This document shows, one piece after another, positions 1 through 8,358 of a stretch of 64,000 nucleotides of DNA (within the stretch, counting starts at the first letter, position 1; the number at the start of each line of letters is the position of its first letter). Source of the DNA: a bacterium (lineage in GTDB: Bacteria; Bacteroidota; Ignavibacteria; UBA10030); NCBI GenBank assembly GCA_043803945.1, contig JAZDJN010000056.1, positions 1 to 64,000 on the forward strand, in the 5' to 3' direction. The translations under genes and the position numbers were made by a program. The notes under the pieces were generated by a model. It saw nothing but the letters and a program-made list of their open reading frames with translations, did not search any database and was not told the DNA's origin.

Positions 1-1590
<1,590 letters not shown>

Positions 1591-1772
1591 TGTTACTGAT
1601 ATTAGTGCAATTATATCATAGTACATTGCTTCCTCAAACGCTCACGTATCTATGTCAAAGAACATTTTACTTAAGGAAGCGAAATAGTAACGTATTTATC
1701 CAAAATTCGAAGCGCTAACCCCCTATGCTTTTCATGTGCGCTCCGCTTAGCGCCCATCAGAAATTTGATGGG
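1591..1772 (-). promoter_or_regulatory. CRISPR leader with candidate promoter and inverted-repeat motif
   Basis: AT-rich region between the cas2 stop and the first repeat. The minus strand has TTGAGG-N16-TATAAT with a TG extension (TGATATAAT, 1610-1618). Inverted repeat GCGCTAA (1712-1718) / TTAGCGC (1747-1753). Confidence 0.75.
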
Positions 1773-2063
1773 CTACACAATAAGAGTGTCATCGACATTC
1801 TTGACAGCACCAGAACCATGATGCTCAACCCGGCGATGCCAGTTGGAGCCAAGATAATAGAACCGCAGGCTATCTTCTTCTGCCTTATATTTCGATAACA
1901 ATTTGTCTTTCAACGTTTCCCATTGTGCCGGATCAACATTGCACTCATACACTGAGTTTTGAACACGCAAACCATAATCAAGACAGATTTCTGAAATCTT
2001 CCTCAATCGCATAACACCGGCAGGTGTCTTTGTTGAAACGTCATAACTTACAAGAACCATCAT
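1773..2063 (-). CDS. cas2: CRISPR-associated endonuclease Cas2 (96 aa)
   Basis: MMVLVSYDV, GLRVQNSVYEC and DSLRFYYLG motifs; position after cas1. Start trimmed to MMVLV. Confidence 0.97.
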   Translation of the reverse strand: MMVLVSYDVSTKTPAGVMRLRKISEICLDYGLRVQNSVYECNVDPAQWETLKDKLLSKYKAEEDSLRFYYLGSNWHRRVEHHGSGAVKNVDDTLIV

Positions 2064-2142
2064 ATACCGTATTCCATAGTTATGTTTGGGGGATCCCATT
2101 TACCGATGTATCAGTTAGCAATATCTCCCAGGCAGAAGCGTC

Positions 2143-3174
2143 CTATGATTTCATATAAAAAGGAGGATACTCTGATAAATCTCCACGAATATACCTCGCC
2201 AATAATTGAGCCTGTATATGAGGAAGCAATCCTATTGTCATCTTTTCGCCAAGAAAGGGATGCGTAATTTCTTCTTGCTTCCGCTTTTGATATGCCGAAA
2301 TCACGGTCTTCCTTGTTTCATCAGACATTTGTACTTCACCCGATTCACGGATCTCGAAATCCTTTTTCGTTACCTGGTTCAGGTTGATGAGATTCAGCAT
2401 GATCCGATCGCCAAGATATGCACGGAACTCTTCCATAAGATCGAGAGCTAAACTGGGTCTTCCCGATCTCAGTTGGTGAAGAAAACCCACCTGCGGATCG
2501 AGTCCGGTCGTTTCAAGTGCTGACCGCACATCATTTGCAAGAATCGCATAGAGAAACGAAAGAAGCGCATTCGCCGGGTCGAGCGGTGGACGTTTTGATC
2601 GATGCGTGAATATAAAATCCTCCTGTTGCGAGACGATAAGCGAGGAAAATACATTGAAGTAGACATTGGCACATTCACCCTCATACCCGCGGAGCCCGTC
2701 AAGCGTTATCGCCTTCTGAATATCTGCCAATCGATTTCCCAGGACAGTCGCAGCAGACTCAACCGAATCGGTAGCAGAATCCGGATGATTACGCTGATGA
2801 CGAAGAAGAAGGTTTCGATAATTTGCGACCTTTGCCGCAACGATCGGACGCGCAATGGCGAGTGATTCCATTTCGTTATCAGCAATGGCGTACTGAGCCT
2901 TTCGCAACAGTACATTCCCCTGTTGCGCTCCATACACCCGTGCGAGGAATTTTCCTGTCTCCGAAAGGTAACTGACCCCAACGTTATTCTCCGCACAGAA
3001 TGCCATCAATTGGGGAGATAAGGCCTTGAATCCGAAACAGACGATATTTTCAATAGAATGCACTGGAGCCTGAAACACTTTTTTGTGATCTATTTCCACA
3101 ACGAATGTCTCGCGTTCCTTATGAACATACGCATCATCGGAAGTGATGTAAAGAGTATTCAAATGTTTTTTCAT
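2143..3174 (-). CDS. cas1: Type I-C Cas1 (343 aa)
   Basis: MKKHLNTLY start, LRGYEG, NALLSFLY, GFLH, SLALDLMEEFR motifs. Confidence 0.98.
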   Translation of the reverse strand: MKKHLNTLYITSDDAYVHKERETFVVEIDHKKVFQAPVHSIENIVCFGFKALSPQLMAFCAENNVGVSYLSETGKFLARVYGAQQGNVLLRKAQYAIADNEMESLAIARPIVAAKVANYRNLLLRHQRNHPDSATDSVESAATVLGNRLADIQKAITLDGLRGYEGECANVYFNVFSSLIVSQQEDFIFTHRSKRPPLDPANALLSFLYAILANDVRSALETTGLDPQVGFLHQLRSGRPSLALDLMEEFRAYLGDRIMLNLINLNQVTKKDFEIRESGEVQMSDETRKTVISAYQKRKQEEITHPFLGEKMTIGLLPHIQAQLLARYIRGDLSEYPPFYMKS

Positions 3175-3189
3175 GTGAATATTTCTTTG

Positions 3190-3276
3190 GTAGGACACAC
3201 ATTCTTGTGTGTCTCTCTACGCGTTGTGTGTTTTCCATGTGTGTTCAAGTAGGACATTCAAGAATGAATGTCCTAC
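3190..3276. repeat. Inverted REP doublet (REPIN-like) between RAYT and cas1
   Basis: GTAG-GACACACA-TTCT-TGTGTGTC (+, 3190-3213) and GTAG-GACATTCA-TTCT-TGAATGTCC (-, 3252-3276). The GTAG of the second copy supplies the RAYT TAG stop codon. Confidence 0.9.
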
Positions 3277-3749
3277 CCGCATTTGTCTTCATTATAATAC
3301 CACCCGGCATAGTTTTCCGGATTTTCTGTTAATCCTTTTTTCACTGGATTGTTGTACATATAATTCAACTTCTCGTCGAATTCATTTCCATCCCGCACAA
3401 TTCTATCGAACGACTCTTTCTGCCAGATCACTCCTTTAGCGTTTCGGTATTGGTTGATCTTATGCGCGCTCACACCTTTTATACCGTGCATAATTCTGCT
3501 TAAAGTAACTCCTTCCTTTGGCTTTAAAAGCAAATGCACATGATCCGGCATCACTATGACAGCATAGCAGGTGTAGAACTTTCCATCCCCTTCTTTAATA
3601 TGATCAAGAACGATGCGCTGTTCATTCCTATCAAACATCGTCTCGTACGCACAAAATGTCACAAAGTAGATGGAACCATCGATTGTCCAATGTGGCAAAT
3701 GCCGCCGCGTTATTTTCAATTCTTCTGACATATGTTTTTGTATGGACAT
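3273..3749 (-). mobile_element. REP-associated tyrosine transposase (RAYT/TnpA-REP, Y1 HUH family), apparently intact
   Basis: RRHLPHW, YFVTF, HUH motif MPDHVHLL, IWQKESFDRIVR and catalytic YMYNNPVKKGL. Flanked by REPs. The start may instead be the second Met at 3731. Confidence 0.93.
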
Positions 3750-3768
3750 TCAAGAATGAATGTCCTAC
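3744..3768 (-). repeat. REP hairpin, identical to the copies at 3252-3276 and 5706-5730
   Basis: GGACATTCAAGAATGAATGTCCTAC on the plus strand; begins 7 nt after the cas4 stop. Confidence 0.92.
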
Positions 3769-3775
3769 CGGTTAC

Positions 3776-4402
3776 CTATTGTAAATATAACTCTTTCATA
3801 TACTGATTTAACTTCTTTTCATTCATCGCTTTCGGCATACAAATTTCTTCCAGAGAACAATTTCTACACTTTACATTATATCGTGCCGCCGGTACTTTCT
3901 TTTGCGAGACAATCTCATGCACGGCAGCGATGATTTCTTCTGTTTGTTTCCGTAACTCTGCATCAATCGACACTACATTTCTTCGTCGAATTTTACCATA
4001 GAAGAATGCCCCCTGCACTATGTTCGTATTCAACATTTCTTCCAAGCAGAGAACCTGGGCACATAATTGTGCTTTATCGCATATGTCTTCTTTCGGTTTG
4101 CCGGACTTAAATTCTACTGGCAATACATCTTCCTGTTCGTTCCTACCTTTATGAAACTCCACCACATCGCATCGTCCGACAATGCCAAGCCGGGTCGAGT
4201 GGATTCTTAGCCCGCGTACGGTTTTCAATGTGCCTCTTGTTTCGTACGTGTCGCTATCTACCTTTTCGTGGAGGATGTCGCCCCGAACGGTAAAGACGTT
4301 CTCATGCCATACATCCTCGACATGGATTAACGCGCATTGCCTGGGACAGTATACATAATGTTGAAGTGCACCGATATGGATGAAGTCGTCTTCGCTATAC
4401 AT
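3776..4402 (-). CDS. cas4: CRISPR-associated exonuclease Cas4 (208 aa)
   Basis: LQHYVYCPRQCAL, GRCDVVEF, PVEFKSG, AQLCAQ and C-terminal CRNCSLEEIC Fe-S cysteines. Confidence 0.97.
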   Translation of the reverse strand: MYSEDDFIHIGALQHYVYCPRQCALIHVEDVWHENVFTVRGDILHEKVDSDTYETRGTLKTVRGLRIHSTRLGIVGRCDVVEFHKGRNEQEDVLPVEFKSGKPKEDICDKAQLCAQVLCLEEMLNTNIVQGAFFYGKIRRRNVVSIDAELRKQTEEIIAAVHEIVSQKKVPAARYNVKCRNCSLEEICMPKAMNEKKLNQYMKELYLQ

Positions 4403-4415
4403 AAATATTTCTATG

Positions 4416-4439
4416 GTAGGGCACTCATTCCTGCATGTC
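4416..4439 (+). repeat. Degenerate REP of the GTAG-GAC...CATTCYTG family upstream of cas4
   Basis: GTAGGGCACTCATTCCTGCATGTC: same GTAG foot and loop, imperfect stem. Confidence 0.65.
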
Positions 4440-4510
4440 TATTCGATGCTGTCCCAGAAGCCTTCTTTTGAAGCTCTGGGTGTGAAATAATATATGAGTT
4501 TCATAAGCCT

Positions 4511-4539
4511 TGTTGGTCGAGAAGCCTGCTCGACCAACA
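4511..4539. repeat. Second-family REP-like palindrome
   Basis: TGTTGGTCGAG-AAGCCTG-CTCGACCAACA, closely related to GTTGGTCGGGCAGTCTGCCCGACCAAC at 13256-13282 next to the second RAYT. Confidence 0.8.
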
Positions 4540-4693
4540 TTCTGGACGCCTCGCCCGATAGTTCCGATGAACATTAGGCATTATACTTCCCCCATGAGCA
4601 GGTTCGAGCTTCAGTTATCGACAACTCATTTCCGCTCGATTCATCTTCTCTGCTTTTTAGATGATAGCAATAGGTGACATCGCTAATGTGACT

Positions 4694-4777
4694 TACGTAA
4701 ATCAATTTGCATTGTCTCGGGCAAAACACGTAATGCTGCAATGCGATGAGCTGTATGTAATCGTCTTCGGTGAACAT
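4694..4777 (-). pseudogene. cas4: 5' remnant (about 28 codons) of a second cas4
   Basis: MFTEDDYIQLIALQHYVFCPRQCKLIYV matches the start of intact Cas4 at 19/28 residues, then similarity stops. Starts 6 nt after the cas7 stop. Confidence 0.85.
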
Positions 4778-4783
4778 GAGTTG

Positions 4784-5641
4784 TCAGAGCTTCTCGTCGA
4801 GTGCAATTCCCTTCGGTATGTTGCCTTTGTTAATTGTGACTTCATAATCACCCCACGCGCGGGGAAGCTCAACGTCTTTTTTCTTTTCAACATTCACGCG
4901 TTCAAATAATTCTCCTGCGCGGGCATTGCCGAGATGGCTTTCGTGTTTGAACACGATAAGTTTTCGCGGATTCATTTCGCCACGGGCAGCAGAGCGGTCG
5001 TGCTCAAACGCATTAAGCAAGGATTCCCAAAGTAATGTGAGATCATCTTCAGAAAAACCGGTTTTCGCTGCATCCACCGCAGAGACAAATCCGTGCATTG
5101 TGTAAAGGCCATAAGGGACTGTTGATTTGCGTCCCATTGTAGAAGCATATTCCCGACCTTCTTGTTTTTTTGCTTCTTCCGGTGTTGTTACGGCACAACG
5201 TGTTATTGTATGCTCAGCTTGATAGATTCGATCCTCGGAACGTGAAAAAGTAAATTGTATTGGTCCTTTTACTGTTCCCGCCCCTTGTTTTCCAACAGAA
5301 AGAACTGCACCAAAAGCTCGAATATCCCAATATTGTTCACACAAGCTCTTCTTCCTGTCTTCTATTTCTTCTCCTTTTTCATCATCTATAATTTTACCCA
5401 AAACATTCCCTTGCCTAATAAAAATTGCATGCTTACTCTTTTCAGCTGCTGTTGCTTTATCGAATTTTAGCTCAACATAGTTTCTGACTTTTCGCTTAAT
5501 ACAGACATCCGTTACAAGTCCTTCTTGATTCTCCGCGTCAACGCGGGGTAGATTGTCCTGATCAGGATCGCCGTTAGGGTTGCCGTCTTTTACATCGAAC
5601 AAGAAGACAAAGTCATAGCGGTTCTTAATTACGTTACTCAT
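4784..5641 (-). CDS. cas7: Type I-C Cas7 (Csd2)
   Basis: NRYDFVFLFDVKDGNPNGDPD, VTDVCIKRKVRNY, DIRAFGAV, TMGRK, FEHDRSAARGEM. Confidence 0.98.
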   Translation of the reverse strand: MSNVIKNRYDFVFLFDVKDGNPNGDPDQDNLPRVDAENQEGLVTDVCIKRKVRNYVELKFDKATAAEKSKHAIFIRQGNVLGKIIDDEKGEEIEDRKKSLCEQYWDIRAFGAVLSVGKQGAGTVKGPIQFTFSRSEDRIYQAEHTITRCAVTTPEEAKKQEGREYASTMGRKSTVPYGLYTMHGFVSAVDAAKTGFSEDDLTLLWESLLNAFEHDRSAARGEMNPRKLIVFKHESHLGNARAGELFERVNVEKKKDVELPRAWGDYEVTINKGNIPKGIALDEKL

Positions 5642-5669
5642 TGTATGTTCTCCTTTTATAATTTTGTTT

Positions 5670-5730
5670 GTAGGATAGACATTCCTGTCTGTCCTTTTTT
5701 AGCATGGACATTCAAGAATGAATGTCCTAC
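5670..5730. repeat. Inverted REP doublet between cas8c and cas7
   Basis: GTAG-GATAGACA-TTCC-TGTCTGTCC (+, 5670-5694) and GTAG-GACATTCA-TTCT-TGAATGTCC (-, 5706-5730). Confidence 0.9.
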
Positions 5731-5737
5731 CCATTGG

Positions 5738-6103
5738 TTACTTTGCAAAATCATGCTGCCGTTGATGATAATATCCAATGGCAAAGCTCGCCTGATCTTC
5801 TAACGAAAATGTAACAGGGAAGCGTGAACCTTCAACATTGCACATCAGTTCTTGCAGTTGTTTATCAAGATTGACAGAAAGTCCCGGTTTCTCTCCGCGT
5901 ATCTTCGATAAATGATGCTGTGAGAGTTTCATTAATCTTCCAAATGCCGTTGAAGGCGTGGTCGAAGCAGACGAGAAAAACCGTTCTCGTATGCCTGCGT
6001 TGAGGTTGCCGCCCGATGCATGATATTGGATTGATTCCAAAACGGCAAATAACCGTCCGCATATGTAGGCAATGTTTTTATTCGATTCATCGAGTATCGA
6101 CAT
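5738..6103 (-). CDS. cas11: Cas11c small subunit translated from an internal in-frame start in cas8c (121 aa)
   Basis: Internal AAAGGAGG (6114-6121) lies 10 nt before the ATG of MSILDESNKNIAYICGRLFAVLE. Internal Cas11 translation is established for type I-C. Confidence 0.8.
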   Translation of the reverse strand: MSILDESNKNIAYICGRLFAVLESIQYHASGGNLNAGIRERFFSSASTTPSTAFGRLMKLSQHHLSKIRGEKPGLSVNLDKQLQELMCNVEGSRFPVTFSLEDQASFAIGYYHQRQHDFAK

Positions 6104-7552
6104 ATACTTGGTTCCTCCTTTATGATTATTGTTTCGATTTAAAATGAATTTTAAAAGTGCAATTCTCTCGGATAAAACAATCTCCCAATGAGACATCACT
6201 TTACCCTTATCTGGTTTTGCGCTTTGTTCTGCTCTAATGCGGTTTAACACGGCACTGAGAAGCCAGAGTGGTGGTGTAGCGCCAAGTACGGCACATTTCC
6301 AGAGTGCTGCACCGATTCTTCCATATTGAACATCGTTTCCACTCTTGCTTTTAACGCTTGACACGAGGCTGTAAAATCGTGGGAACTGCGTAACGATTTT
6401 TTTACCGTCCTTGTTGTATTCTCCTATTGAGACACTCTCAAACCAGTTTGCCAAATTGGCTCGTAGATTAGGGAGGCTTGTCTCGATCCAATCACGCACT
6501 GCAATGCGCGCTGCTGCACCGCTTAGTGTGATTGCGTAAAACTTATCGATCATTGCTTTCTTCTTCTCCACAAGCGTTGCTTGGCCTGATTCAATAGATT
6601 TTATCATCTCTCGAATTTTACCTTCGTTAGGTGGTTCATCAAGCCAGCCGAGTTCCTCACTTTGTATGGAATCACGGAGCCAAAAAACGGCAGCGGTATC
6701 TTCAGAAATTCTCTGACGATTACTGTAACTATAATAATCTTTTCCGTCTTTGGTTTTCTTTTTTGTACCGGTGGAGAGTAGCCAATTCAAAGCATCAACA
6801 TATGCTTTCGCACAATGTGTACATATAAGAGAATTGTCGTTTCCCTCAAGACCGTATGATGAAAAAACATCACCCTCAAAGGAAACGAGGTAATTACCTG
6901 TTGAATTAGGATTTGGAACGCTTCGTATAGTTCCATGAGTTGAAATATCTCGTACTCGATATTCTGATGACCCGCAACATGAACATTTTTCCTTATTGGC
7001 TCCTATGAGTGCCTTTTCCTTCTCATCATACTTCTGTTTTATTGCTTCGTATAGTGATTTGTCTTTGTGAAGAACAACATCTCTGTGTCCCTTGGTCTGG
7101 ATTACGAAACCAAAGTTTGTACCTTCTTTTAGTTCTTTCGTATTTATTTTGGATTGAAAGTCTTTACGGGCTGCTTTTAATTCCTTTTTATTTTCATAAA
7201 AGGCGAGAAGTGATTTAATGCCTGTAACTTTCTGATAGTCTCTCAGTTTTATTTGATATGCTTCAAGACATTCTTTTGTCCTCTTGGTTTCAGGGAATCC
7301 CAATACATACTTAGCGTTATCTACAACTAGACGCGCTAGGACATTACTAGTCCTTCCGGCGTTTTCGGTCCTTACGAGATCTTCAACGACCGTCATGCCT
7401 TTTTCTGTTGGAATGATGCCGTTGTATTTACCCGTTTTTGTTATATATATGTACGCATCAAGTCTTTCTTTACATAGAGCGTCATGAACGAGGCTCTTGT
7501 CTATTTCATCCTTCCTAATCCTCTCAGATAAAAGAACAAGTTCTTGTATCAT
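5738..7552 (-). CDS. cas8c: Type I-C large subunit Cas8c (Csd1)
   Basis: FSSYGL, LSGAAARIAVRDW, AYICGRLFAVLE and FAIGYYHQ motifs; lies between cas5c and cas7. Confidence 0.95.
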   Translation of the reverse strand: MIQELVLLSERIRKDEIDKSLVHDALCKERLDAYIYITKTGKYNGIIPTEKGMTVVEDLVRTENAGRTSNVLARLVVDNAKYVLGFPETKRTKECLEAYQIKLRDYQKVTGIKSLLAFYENKKELKAARKDFQSKINTKELKEGTNFGFVIQTKGHRDVVLHKDKSLYEAIKQKYDEKEKALIGANKEKCSCCGSSEYRVRDISTHGTIRSVPNPNSTGNYLVSFEGDVFSSYGLEGNDNSLICTHCAKAYVDALNWLLSTGTKKKTKDGKDYYSYSNRQRISEDTAAVFWLRDSIQSEELGWLDEPPNEGKIREMIKSIESGQATLVEKKKAMIDKFYAITLSGAAARIAVRDWIETSLPNLRANLANWFESVSIGEYNKDGKKIVTQFPRFYSLVSSVKSKSGNDVQYGRIGAALWKCAVLGATPPLWLLSAVLNRIRAEQSAKPDKGKVMSHWEIVLSERIALLKFILNRNNNHKGGTKYMSILDESNKNIAYICGRLFAVLESIQYHASGGNLNAGIRERFFSSASTTPSTAFGRLMKLSQHHLSKIRGEKPGLSVNLDKQLQELMCNVEGSRFPVTFSLEDQASFAIGYYHQRQHDFAK

Positions 7553-8262
7553 AATTCCTCCTTATCCGCAACTTCTTCAGCAAGATTGAATTCATGAATC
7601 AGTTGCCTTGGATACGTTGCTATCTCACCTTGAATGTGTTTGCTTGTAAGTATTTGTTTGTACGCCTCACTGCAATCCAAAACACCATTCCGAACGGCTA
7701 CATCATAAAAGAATTTTGGCATTGGTACACCGTTCTCGTCATACCACATATCAAGGAACATACTGCCGATAGGAATTTCTTCTTGTATGGGCCTGTCATT
7801 TTCTGACACGGGTAAAAACTCTGCTGCAAACTCACGTGTCCCTAAGAATGGACGTCGCCAGCATTGCCCCTTGCGTAATCTCCGGTTGAACATCTCAACG
7901 TATTTCTTTGGAGGATTCTTTCCATCAGGCACGGATTGAAAGACCGATGCTTCGATGATGTATCCAACATCTTTGAGCACAATGCTATTACGTTGAGTAC
8001 GATTTTCTTCGATAATAATCGGCGTCTTTCCCTGTCTGGCATTGATTTCGTTGCGCTTTACCGAATGGAATTTCACCTGCTCAAGAACGCTGATCCTATG
8101 AACATGCCACGCGAACTCTGGTTTCCAGAGAATGCAATCTAATACCCCCCGCGCCGCCGAGGGAGTCATACAAGGATAGGTCATTCGTTCAACCTTAAGG
8201 TCAGGGCGGGTGAAGCAGGCAAACTCACCCGTTACTTTTACCCGAACAGAATTGTCATTCAT
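7549..8262 (-). CDS. cas5c: Type I-C Cas5c (Cas5d)
   Basis: ACFTRPDLKVERMTYPCMTPSAARG, WKPE, PFLGTREF; AGGAGG RBS before ATG 8262. Confidence 0.97.
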   Translation of the reverse strand: MNDNSVRVKVTGEFACFTRPDLKVERMTYPCMTPSAARGVLDCILWKPEFAWHVHRISVLEQVKFHSVKRNEINARQGKTPIIIEENRTQRNSIVLKDVGYIIEASVFQSVPDGKNPPKKYVEMFNRRLRKGQCWRRPFLGTREFAAEFLPVSENDRPIQEEIPIGSMFLDMWYDENGVPMPKFFYDVAVRNGVLDCSEAYKQILTSKHIQGEIATYPRQLIHEFNLAEEVADKEEL

Positions 8263-8293
8263 GATTCCTCCTTTTTTATAAAATAATGGTTTG

Positions 8294-8353
8294 GTGGGAC
8301 ACACATTCTTGTGTGTCGTTCATGACATGGTCAACCAAGAATGGTTAACCCAC
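8294..8353. repeat. Inverted REP doublet (GTGG foot) between cas3 and cas5c
   Basis: GTGG-GACACACA-TTCT-TGTGTGTC (+, 8294-8317) and GTGG-GTTAACCA-TTCT-TGGTTGACC (-, 8329-8353). Confidence 0.88.
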
Positions 8354-8358
8354 CATAG

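Noticed and set aside
3273-3749. IS200/IS605 element or CRISPR-associated transposon
   Set aside because: No tnpB, tnsABC or tniQ; the motifs and flanking GTAG hairpins fit a RAYT.
4574-4777. 67-aa ORF as a functional small Cas or anti-CRISPR protein
   Set aside because: Only the first 28 codons resemble Cas4; the rest looks like read-through.
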